Part shown: positions 18,772 to 26,689 of the stretch, one piece after another | Numbering within the stretch: the stretch's first letter is position 1 | Layout: every line of letters begins with the position of its first letter | Source: Bacteroidota bacterium | GTDB lineage: Bacteria; Bacteroidota; Bacteroidia; Chitinophagales; Chitinophagaceae | Reading direction: 5' to 3' | Assembly: GCA_023392185.1 (NCBI GenBank) | Contig: JAEVZP010000147.1 | Span: 1 to 45,202 of the forward strand | DNA length: 45,202 nucleotides | Notes under the pieces: model-generated | Told to the model about the DNA's origin: nothing | Database searches by the model: none | Seen by the model: only the letters and a program-made list of their open reading frames with translations | Position numbers and translations under genes: made by a program

Positions 18772-18791
18772 TTTCCGGAAATTTCCGGAAA
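18772..18791. repeat. TTTCCGGAAATTTCCGGAAA: perfect 20-nt palindromic dimer of the TTCCGGAA motif
   Basis: Read directly from the sequence. It lies 34-35 nt beyond the stop codon of the 78-aa ORF. Confidence 0.95.
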
Positions 18792-18825
18792 ATAAAGCCA
18801 GTGGAGCCTTCAATAAATCTTTTTC

Positions 18826-19062
18826 CTACAACAGCGGCTCGTTCCCTTCAAGGGTGCGCTTGGTAAGACCGGTTTGCAGCTCCACTTCCAGACGCCCGGC
18901 TTTTTCGCGGGCTTCTTTTTCGTCGGCCGCTTCTACAGTCGCGTAGAGCGTTTCGCCGGTGCGTTCTTCCAGAATGGTGTCGTTGGTCGGGTCGGCTTCG
19001 CCGTCGGTAGCAGGCAACACCGATACCAGTCTTTTGCCTACAAAGGTTACGCGGTACAGCAT
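18826..19062 (-). CDS. small acidic hypothetical protein (78 aa)
   Basis: An ATG-initiated ORF lies 74 nt downstream of the frameshifted ORF pair on the same strand. No family is recognised. Confidence 0.4.
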   Translation of the reverse strand: MLYRVTFVGKRLVSVLPATDGEADPTNDTILEERTGETLYATVEAADEKEAREKAGRLEVELQTGLTKRTLEGNEPLL

Positions 19063-19136
19063 CGTTTTTGAGGATTTAATTGGGTAGAGGAATAACCTTT
19101 TTCTACCAGCAAGAACGTGCCAGAAGGTTTTCTGCC

Positions 19137-19881
19137 TTACCGGCCGCCGGCTTCCATTCCGGAAAGTATCTGGTTGCGGATCTCGCCCAGGACGCTGCTG
19201 AGGAAGTCGAAGGTTTGCAGATTGGTATGAAAAACCTGTGGCTCGTAGCAGAGATATTGCGGTGCGCCTTCAGCATCTTTAATGCGCAGGACCGGTAGAA
19301 ATTCCGGATACAGAAAAAACAAAATGCCGTGGGTATAACGGTTTCGGTCTTCGATATATGCTTCGTAGCGCCGCGTAAAATCTTTCCGGCTTTCCGGGGT
19401 AGAAAGGGCCGCAATGGTGTGGAGCGCTTCATCGGTTTTGACAATGCAGCTAGAGCAGCCCCCGCAGGTTTTCGAACGTGAGCCGGTCAAAGGTTTCCGG
19501 GGTTACAGATTCCTGCATCCGGCGGCAGGCAGCGTTCCGGTCCAAAACTCCGGCCAGCGGGTGCGCGCGCAGATACAGCGCGAGCGTATCGGCCAGCGTA
19601 TCGAGGTTCAGCTCGGCCAGCCGCCGCATCTTGCCGATGGCGTAGGTAAAATCGTTGAAGCGCCGGTACACCGCTTCGCTGTAGCGCTGCGGGTCCACCG
19701 GCACGTGAATCCGTTCACCAATATTGTTTTTCTCCGCCAGCACCAGCGTCGGCACAATGTGGATGTCTGTCAGCGCGCCGCTGTCCGGGTCATAAACGTT
19801 TTGGGGCGCAAAGATTTCGATACGGACTTCGTCGGGCGCTACCAAAAGGGTGTGCGGGGGCTTGGGTTCAATCGGATCCAT
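19137..19881 (-). pseudogene. hypothetical protein split by a frameshift (ORFs 19450..19881 and 19137..19490 overlap by 41 nt)
   Basis: The downstream ORF has only a TTG start, which lies inside the upstream ORF. Removing one C from the C5 run at 19459-19463 fuses the two frames into one ORF of about 247 codons (...TFENLRGCSSCIVKTDEALH...). Confidence 0.45.
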
Positions 19882-19979
19882 TGCGCCACAGCGGTGTTAA
19901 AAGATATGCCGCCGGTAACGGTGGGCGCCATTGCCCCCTGCTTTCCTACCTTTGCGGCCTTTATTGTACCCCGTATTTC

Positions 19980-21809
19980 ATGGATCGTAATCAGATCATC
20001 GGGTTTTCGCTGTTGGTGGCCCTGCTCGCTGCGTATGTAGTGTGGAACAGCAAAAACCAAAAAGAGTATCAGGAGCAAAAGCAAAAACAGGCAACCGCCG
20101 ACTCGATTGCTTATGCCAAAGCCAACCCCAAAGCTGCGGCAACGCCCCTGCCTGCCGACACGCTCGCAGCCCTCTCCGGCGCTACGGCTGCCGACAGCAA
20201 CCTGCCCGCGGCGCTGCGGCGCGGGGCCGGTGAAGAAATCGTGCTCGAAAACAACGATGTGGCCCTCACCTTCTCGACCCGGGGTGCCCGCCTCGTCAAC
20301 GCCCGGCTGAAGAATTATAAAACCTTCCGGGGAGAGCCGCTCGACCTTTTCGCCGGAGATAACAATGGTATCGCCTTTACCCTGCCGGTTGACAATGGCC
20401 GCAGTACGTCCGATCTGCTCTTTACACCGGTGGCGGCCGCCGGTGCCGATGGAGCCAAAGCCATCGACTTTGCTGCCGACCTGGGCAATGGCAAGCGCAT
20501 CGACCTGATTTATTCGCTTCCTGCCGAAAACGGCATGGCGCAGCTGACCGTGCGCACCACCGGCATGAACGCCAACATGCTGCCCTTTACCTGGAATGTA
20601 GCCGGTCGGCAAACCGAGCGTGATATTACCGTAGAGCGCCACAATGCGCAGGTCTACCACCGCTATAAAGACGGCGACAACGACTACTTTACCATCTCGG
20701 AGGCAAAAGAAGAAAGCTACAAAGAGAACCTTCAGTGGATCGGTTTCCGGAAATTTTACTTCAGCACGGCCCTCCTGAGCGACGACGGCCTCAGCCGGGG
20801 CGTCCTGAAAGCAGTGCCTTCTACCGGTGATTCTGCTGCTACCGTAGCCACCGTGACCGCTAAAGCAGAACTGCCCCTGCGCAACGGGGAAGGCTCCCTG
20901 CGCTGGTATATCGGCCCTAACCAATACAAGGTGCTGAAAAGCTATAAAGCAGGTCTCGACGAAATGGTTCCGCTGGGATACGGACCGTTCTTTTTCGTCA
21001 AATACATCAATAAAGGGCTGATCATTCCGGTATTCGATTTCCTGCACGACAATGTGGGCATCATCAATATGGGTGTCATCATCATGTTGCTGACCCTGTT
21101 CATCCGCCTCATCCTGTCGTTCTTTACCTATAAAAGTTATCTGTCTTCGGCCAGGATGCGCGTGCTGAAGCCCGAACTCGACGAGCTGCGCGAGAAGTAC
21201 AAAGACAATCAGCAGGAGCTGGGCATGGAGCAGATGAAGATGTACCGCACGGCCGGGGTGAACCCACTGGGCGGTTGCCTGCCCATGCTGCTGCAGATTC
21301 CCATTCTGTTTGCCATGTACTACTTCTTCCCCTCGGCCATCGAGCTGCGGCAGAAGTCGTTCCTGTGGGCCAACGACCTGAGTACCTATGACTCGGTGCT
21401 GGATTTGCCGTTCAACATTCCGTTCTACGGCGATCACGTTTCGCTGTTTACCATCCTGATGACCTTGTCTTCGCTGGCGCTGGCGCTTTACAGCCGCAAC
21501 ATGACGCCGCAGGATCCCAACAACCCGCTGCTGAAATGGATGCCTTTCATCTTCCCTTTCCTGCTTCTCGGGGTGTTCAACAAGATGGCGGCTGCCCTCA
21601 CGTTCTACTACTTTTTCTCCAACGTGGTGTCGCTCATCCAGCAGTTCGTGATTCAAAAACTGTTTATCAACGAAGCGAAGATCCACGCCAAGATTCGCGA
21701 GAACCGCAGCAAGCCGCAGCAGCAAAGCAAATGGGCACAGCGCCTGGCCGAGATGCAGCAGGCACAGGCAGAGCGCTCCAAGCAAATGCCGCGCCGCAAA
21801 GACTCGTAA
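19980..21809 (+). CDS. yidC: membrane protein insertase YidC
   Basis: The ORF 19881..21809 is trimmed to the ATG at 19980 (MDRNQIIGFSLLVALLAAYVVW). It has a large periplasmic P1 domain. The conserved C-terminal 5-TM core includes LKPELDELREKYKDNQQELGMEQMKMYRTAGVNPLGGCLPMLLQIPI. Confidence 0.92.
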   Translation: MDRNQIIGFSLLVALLAAYVVWNSKNQKEYQEQKQKQATADSIAYAKANPKAAATPLPADTLAALSGATAADSNLPAALRRGAGEEIVLENNDVALTFSTRGARLVNARLKNYKTFRGEPLDLFAGDNNGIAFTLPVDNGRSTSDLLFTPVAAAGADGAKAIDFAADLGNGKRIDLIYSLPAENGMAQLTVRTTGMNANMLPFTWNVAGRQTERDITVERHNAQVYHRYKDGDNDYFTISEAKEESYKENLQWIGFRKFYFSTALLSDDGLSRGVLKAVPSTGDSAATVATVTAKAELPLRNGEGSLRWYIGPNQYKVLKSYKAGLDEMVPLGYGPFFFVKYINKGLIIPVFDFLHDNVGIINMGVIIMLLTLFIRLILSFFTYKSYLSSARMRVLKPELDELREKYKDNQQELGMEQMKMYRTAGVNPLGGCLPMLLQIPILFAMYYFFPSAIELRQKSFLWANDLSTYDSVLDLPFNIPFYGDHVSLFTILMTLSSLALALYSRNMTPQDPNNPLLKWMPFIFPFLLLGVFNKMAAALTFYYFFSNVVSLIQQFVIQKLFINEAKIHAKIRENRSKPQQQSKWAQRLAEMQQAQAERSKQMPRRKDS

Positions 21810-21854
21810 TCAGATTCCGTTTTCCGGAAATCTCCGCGAAAAACTTTCACCCAA

Positions 21855-21900
21855 AAAACCCTTTCGAAGCTGTGCCTCGAAAGGGTTTTTTAATTTTTTT
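21855..21900 (+). terminator. intrinsic terminator of yidC
   Basis: The stem is AAAACCCTTTCGA...TCGAAAGGGTTTT and is followed by TTAATTTTTTTTT. Confidence 0.85.
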
Positions 21901-22019
21901 TTGATGGGGTCAGCGGAATCGCTTTGCGCAACGACAAGGGCGTTGGCACCGTTGAAAGGGAGCATCTCTGATGTAGCTGCCGGAAGGTGCGTTGAGCCTT
22001 TAAATGTTTTTATGGGGTT

Positions 22020-22874
22020 TTAATCCATAGCCACTTTCCCGCCGCCATTCGGCACGTCCTGGGGCGTAGCCGGCAGCATCACCTTCGAATACACTTGGTC
22101 TCCATACACATCCCAATGCGCTGCCATGCCAAAAGGGTTGTTGTTGATCACCAGCACCGAGGTGCCTTTGGTAGCCCAGCCATAGTTCCATTTGGCCTCG
22201 GTTTCGGCCATGCGCACACAGCCATGCGACACCGGTTGCGCAATCGGTAGGGAATACTGATGCACATGAATGCCGCGCTCCGGGTAAAAGTTATAGACCC
22301 AGCGCATCTCCCAGGTTTCGCCTTCCGGCGCTTCCGAAGAGTTGCGCACTTCCTGTTTCCAGCCAAAAGCAAAGCGGCCGCCCGGCGTTTCATTGGCATC
22401 GTTGCCGGTCGAAACCAACCCCCAGCGCACCAGATTGCCTTTTTCGTATGCGCCAAATGTCTGGGTGTACTTGTCGATCACAAATACCCGGTCTATATCG
22501 GCAGCTTCGCTCCAGGTCGCCGGATACGGGCTGTAGGCGCGGAAGTCGGTAGTAAACGTATTGGGCACCAAAACCTCGTTTTTTTGCGGCAGGTATTTGC
22601 GGGCCACCCGGTTGGTCAGCTCGATAATCTCAAGGCGGTTTTGGGTTCTGTTTCCGGGAATGCTGTCCAGGTGTTTTTGCAGCGCCGCCAGCTGGGCCTT
22701 CGCCGTCCGCGCCGATTTCGGAAACTGATAGACGTGCCAGCCCACCGCCTCCGGTGCGGCATTGCTGCCCTGTGATTGCAGCAGGGGCGCTACCGCCTTT
22801 TGATCCACATATCCTTGTGCAAAACCGGCGGTTGACAGCAGCACGCCGGCCCATAAAAGCAGTATTTTTTTCAT
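22020..22874 (-). CDS. L,D-transpeptidase (YkuD) family protein
   Basis: The ORF is trimmed to the ATG at 22872-22874 (MKKILLLWAGVLLSTAGFAQG). The catalytic motif is HQYSLPIAQPVSHGCVRM. Confidence 0.8.
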   Translation of the reverse strand: MKKILLLWAGVLLSTAGFAQGYVDQKAVAPLLQSQGSNAAPEAVGWHVYQFPKSARTAKAQLAALQKHLDSIPGNRTQNRLEIIELTNRVARKYLPQKNEVLVPNTFTTDFRAYSPYPATWSEAADIDRVFVIDKYTQTFGAYEKGNLVRWGLVSTGNDANETPGGRFAFGWKQEVRNSSEAPEGETWEMRWVYNFYPERGIHVHQYSLPIAQPVSHGCVRMAETEAKWNYGWATKGTSVLVINNNPFGMAAHWDVYGDQVYSKVMLPATPQDVPNGGGKVAMD

Positions 22875-23189
22875 AACCAACACATTTTGTTTATATCCAA
22901 AAAGAAAAAAAGATGCCAGCTTTTCCGGAAATCGGACCTTTTACAAACGACGCAGGCGGCCCGGAGCCTTGTGCCAAAAAGGTTTTCAGGGAAAAAGCTG
23001 CTTGAAAGGGCCCTGCATCCTGGCAGCCTCAAAAAGGGAATTATTAACGGATTCTTGCCGGTTGGCCCCTCCAGAGCAAAGAATACAGCCTGCGTCGTTT
23101 GGACCCTCTGCTGCCCGGTTTGCCTTTTTGGAGCGCCCTCCCCGGGCGGCGCTCCAACACCCCTGGGGCACATACCTTTGATTCTCCCT

Positions 23190-24689
23190 ATGAAAATAAA
23201 ATCCCTTCTGGCGCGCCCCTACGCCGCCTACGTCCGCAGCAAGGTGAGCCGCGAAAGCGTGGCCGAAACTGCGCGCGGGCATCAAAAAGAATGGCTCGCG
23301 CAACTGCTAAAGAAAGGAGCCACCACGGTTTTTGGTAAAGACCACCACTTTGGCGATGTAAGCGACTATAAAGCCTTTAAAAGTGCCGTTCCCCTTCGCG
23401 ACTACGAGGCGCTCAAACCTTATATCGATTTCATAAAAGAAGGAAAAGAGAACATCCTGTGGCCGGGCAAGCCGCTGTATCTGGCCAAAACCTCCGGCAC
23501 CACTTCCGGCGCTAAATACATCCCCATTACCAAGGATTCGATCCCGAACCACATCGACTCGGCGCGCAACGCCCTGCTTTGCTACGCAGCCAACAGCGGC
23601 AACACCCAGTTTGTGGACGGAAAAATGATTTTTCTCTCCGGCTCGCCGGAGCTGGAGCGCATCGGCGGCATTCCTACAGGCCGCCTTTCCGGAATTGTAA
23701 ACCATTTCATTCCTGCCTACCTGCGCACCAACCAACTGCCTTCCTATACTACCAACTGTATTGAAGACTGGGAAGAAAAGCTGGGTAAGATTGTGGCGGA
23801 AACGCTGGGGCAGGATATGCGCCTGATTTCCGGAATTCCGCCGTGGATGCAGATGTATTTCGACTGGCTTCAGGAACGCGGCGAAGGAAAGAAGATCAAA
23901 GAATTGTTTCCCAATCTGCAGGTGCTGGTGCACGGTGGAGTCGCCTTCGAACCCTATAAGAAAAAGCTGTTTGAAAGCCTCGGCGGCCCGATCGACACGG
24001 TAGAAACCTTTCCGGCATCCGAAGGCTTTTTTGCCTGGCAGGACACGCTTGAGGAAGAAGGCCTTTTATTGAACACGAATTCCGGAATTTTCTTTGAATT
24101 CGTGCCCGCCGGCGAGGTGTTTTCCGGGAATCCCACACGCCTGTCGCTCCACGAGGTCAAAACCGGCGAGAACTATGCCCTGATTGTCAATTCCAACGCC
24201 GGACTCTGGGGCTACAATACCGGCGACACGGTGCGCTTTGTCAGCACCGATCCGTACCGGCTGCTCGTAACGGGGCGCATCAAGCATTTTATCTCCGCCT
24301 TCGGCGAACACGTCATTGGCGAGGAAGTAGAAAGCGCACTCCGGGCAGCGGTGGAAAAGCACGGCGGCCATGTGGTGGAGTTTACTGTCGCGCCCAATAT
24401 CACGCCTGCCGACGGCAGCGTGCCGCACCACGAGTGGTTTATCGCGTTTGAGAAATTTCCGGAAAATCTGCCTGCTTTTGCCAAAACGATAGACGAGGCG
24501 CTGCGCCAGAAAAACATCTATTACGACGACCTGATTCGCGGCGGTATTCTGCAAACCCTGCAAATCAAAGCGCTTCCGCCGGATGCCTTTATCCGGTATA
24601 TGCGCAGCCAAGGCAAACTCGGCGGCCAAAACAAAGTGCCGCGCCTCAGCAACGACCGTAAAATCGCCGATGTGCTGAGCGGGTACTGA
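23190..24689 (+). CDS. GH3 (auxin-responsive promoter) family acyl-adenylate-forming enzyme
   Basis: The ORF 22887..24689 is trimmed to the ATG at 23190 (MKIKSLLARPYAAYVRSKV). GH3-type motifs are present: YLAKTSGTTSGAKYIPIT, DFKSAVPLRDYEALKPYI-like and GLWGYNTGDTVRF. Confidence 0.8.
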   Translation: MKIKSLLARPYAAYVRSKVSRESVAETARGHQKEWLAQLLKKGATTVFGKDHHFGDVSDYKAFKSAVPLRDYEALKPYIDFIKEGKENILWPGKPLYLAKTSGTTSGAKYIPITKDSIPNHIDSARNALLCYAANSGNTQFVDGKMIFLSGSPELERIGGIPTGRLSGIVNHFIPAYLRTNQLPSYTTNCIEDWEEKLGKIVAETLGQDMRLISGIPPWMQMYFDWLQERGEGKKIKELFPNLQVLVHGGVAFEPYKKKLFESLGGPIDTVETFPASEGFFAWQDTLEEEGLLLNTNSGIFFEFVPAGEVFSGNPTRLSLHEVKTGENYALIVNSNAGLWGYNTGDTVRFVSTDPYRLLVTGRIKHFISAFGEHVIGEEVESALRAAVEKHGGHVVEFTVAPNITPADGSVPHHEWFIAFEKFPENLPAFAKTIDEALRQKNIYYDDLIRGGILQTLQIKALPPDAFIRYMRSQGKLGGQNKVPRLSNDRKIADVLSGY

Positions 24690-24734
24690 GGGTGTGGTTG
24701 TAATGCAAGGAGCTTTTCCCGGAAAATACAGATT

Positions 24735-24820
24735 GCGGGTCAAGGCCCGCAATGACGGATAACGTACGCGGGAAAACGTACGTCCCACCTCGTACGTTCG
24801 TCATGGCGGGCTTGACCCGC
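24735..24820. repeat. ~86-bp palindromic element with three internal ACGTACG cores
   Basis: The arms are GCGGGTCAAGGCCCGCAATGACG and CGTCATGGCGGGCTTGACCCGC (imperfect). The interior is AACGTACGCGGGAAAACGTACGTCCCACCTCGTACGTT. Confidence 0.7.
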
Positions 24821-24865
24821 CACCTCCGTTTTCTGGAAAATGCACATAAAAGCGTGCTTGAAGCA

Positions 24866-24912
24866 GAGCGCCCAACCTGTCAGGTTTCAAAAACCTGACA
24901 GGTTGGGCGCTC
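24866..24912. terminator. perfect 22-bp-stem hairpin between the convergent GH3 gene and recJ
   Basis: The stem is GAGCGCCCAACCTGTCAGGTTT (24866-24887) / AAACCTGACAGGTTGGGCGCTC (24891-24912) with a 3-nt loop. There is no clear T-run. Confidence 0.55.
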
Positions 24913-24943
24913 GATTTCCGGAAATTATTGTTTTAAAATCCCC

Positions 24944-26689
24944 CTAATAAGAAGGCCGCACATCAATCACTTTGAGCTGCAGGCGCGTCGTTCCCTGAAA
25001 CACGTTTTCTTCCACGCCATATACCATATCGAACGGCCCGGCATCTACATACGGAAACTTCGCCGCAAGCCCAAAGCCAATACCGTCCATAGAAACGCCA
25101 CCGCGTTCATGCACCACAAACCGAATGTGACTGTCTTTCACCACGCGGCTCAACCCACGGTAATTGTGCACACCGCGGGTCATAAATACCGGGCGCGGAT
25201 TGGCGGGGCCAAATGGCTCAAACTGCCGCAGAATATTATAAAAAGCCGGCGTAATGTCGGCAAACGAAAGCACCGCGTCAATGCCTATTTCCGGATTGAG
25301 CTGTGAAGGCTTAATCGTTCCGGCGACCACTTCTTCAAAGCGTTCCCGGAAAGAATCCAGATTTTGAGGCAACAGGGTCATGCCGGCAGCATAAAAATGA
25401 CCGCCATACGCTTCGAGCAAATCGCGGCAGGCGTGTAGCGCCTCATAAATATTAAACCCAATCACCGAGCGCGCCGAGCCGCTGATGCGGCCATTGCTGT
25501 GCGTCAGCACAATCGTGGGCCGGTAAAACTGTTCTACCAGCCGCGAGGCCACAATGCCCACCACGCCTTTATGCCAGTCCGGCGAATACACAATCGTCGC
25601 TTTCCGGGTTTCGGTGAGCGGGTCGGTGCGCAGCAACTCCAGCGCTTCTTCGGTCGTGTGCCGGTCTTTTTCGCGCCGGTCGGTATTGTCGTTTTGCAGC
25701 TCCAGCGCAATGCGCTTCACTTCTTCCGGATCGTCGGAGGTGAAGAGCGCCACAGCCTTTTTCGCGTCATCCATGCGTCCGGCGGCATTCACCCGTGGAC
25801 CAATCACAAAAACCAGGTCCGAAATGGTCATCTTTTGCGTCAGTCCGGTGAGCTCCCGCAAGGTCTGAAGAGCGATCGACGGCGACTCTGCCGCCCGCTT
25901 CAGGCCATAAAAAGCCAATACCCGGTTTTCACCGTCAATAGGCACCAGATCAGCTGCAATGCTGGTGGCCACGAGATCCAAGTAGCGGTAGGCGGCTTCC
26001 TGTGGCAGTTTCCAGTGAATGCACAAGGCCTGCACGAGCTTGAAACCAATGCCGCAGCCCGAAAGCTCTTTGTAGGGATACTCGCAACCGGGTTGTTTGG
26101 GATTCAGAATCGCAAACGCCTTTGGAAGCTCTTCATCGGGCAGGTGGTGGTCACCAATAATCACATCAATGCCCAAGCTCTGCGCATAACGCACCAGGTC
26201 GGCGCTCTTGATCCCGCAGTCGAGGGTGATGACCAGATGATAGCCGTGTTTTTTGGCATAGTCAATGCCTTCCTTGCTAAGGCCATAGCCTTCGCGGTAG
26301 CGGTGCGGAATGTAATACGCCAGCGAATCGTCGCGCAGGTCGGGGTAGTGGCGGCGCAGAAAATCATACACCACTGACACCGCTGTGGTGCCGTCTACAT
26401 CATAGTCTCCGTAAACGAGGATACGTTCGTGCCATTCTACCGCTTCGGCAATGCGCTTCACCGCTTCGTGCATGCCTTTCATCAAAAAAGGATCGTGCAG
26501 GTGCTCCAGCTGCGGCCGGAAAAAATCTTTGGCTTCCTCAAAAGTGGTGATGCCACGCAAGACCAGTAGCTGACATAAGGCTGGATTGATCTTCAGCGAT
26601 TCTACCAGCCGGGCGACAGTATCGGGGTCGGGTTTTTGCACCACCCACCTTTTGGTGAGCGGCGCCGGATTGGGGATAGACGGGTTCAT
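24944..26689 (-). CDS. recJ: single-stranded-DNA-specific exonuclease RecJ
   Basis: DHH-family motifs are present: VYGDYDVDGTT, ITLDCG and IGDHH. A DHHA1 region is also seen (GGHFYAAGMTL). The start ATG overlaps the kmo stop codon (ATGA at 26686-26689). Confidence 0.92.
   Translation of the reverse strand: MNPSIPNPAPLTKRWVVQKPDPDTVARLVESLKINPALCQLLVLRGITTFEEAKDFFRPQLEHLHDPFLMKGMHEAVKRIAEAVEWHERILVYGDYDVDGTTAVSVVYDFLRRHYPDLRDDSLAYYIPHRYREGYGLSKEGIDYAKKHGYHLVITLDCGIKSADLVRYAQSLGIDVIIGDHHLPDEELPKAFAILNPKQPGCEYPYKELSGCGIGFKLVQALCIHWKLPQEAAYRYLDLVATSIAADLVPIDGENRVLAFYGLKRAAESPSIALQTLRELTGLTQKMTISDLVFVIGPRVNAAGRMDDAKKAVALFTSDDPEEVKRIALELQNDNTDRREKDRHTTEEALELLRTDPLTETRKATIVYSPDWHKGVVGIVASRLVEQFYRPTIVLTHSNGRISGSARSVIGFNIYEALHACRDLLEAYGGHFYAAGMTLLPQNLDSFRERFEEVVAGTIKPSQLNPEIGIDAVLSFADITPAFYNILRQFEPFGPANPRPVFMTRGVHNYRGLSRVVKDSHIRFVVHERGGVSMDGIGFGLAAKFPYVDAGPFDMVYGVEENVFQGTTRLQLKVIDVRPSY

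Noticed and set aside
19839-21785. A 648-aa ORF antisense to yidC. Similar very long antisense ORFs occur at 31975..33999 (opposite rho), 14968..16671 (TonB receptor), 9219..10736 (SulP), 3252..4703, 35403..36740 (lpxB) and 34534..35673.
   Set aside because: Their translations are Arg/Gly/Ala/His-rich with no recognisable motifs. The sense strands encode unmistakable conserved proteins. Long antisense frames free of stop codons are a known by-product of GC-rich codon usage.
22887-23189. N-terminal extensions offered by the ORF track. They affect the GH3 gene (22887), SulP (to 10883), YceI (to 3204), yidC (19881), rho (31225), lpxB (35670), fabG (to 31082), kmo (to 28053) and rsmI (37082).
   Set aside because: Each extension starts at GTG or TTG or encodes Cys/Arg-rich junk ahead of an internal ATG. 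That internal ATG gives the canonical family N-terminus or a proper signal peptide or lipobox. I therefore used the internal starts.
26686-26689. The 4-nt ATGA overlap coupling kmo (NAD/tryptophan catabolism) to recJ (DNA repair) as a functional link.
   Set aside because: Translational coupling of functionally unrelated housekeeping genes is common in compact bacterial genomes. No additional evidence points to a shared pathway.
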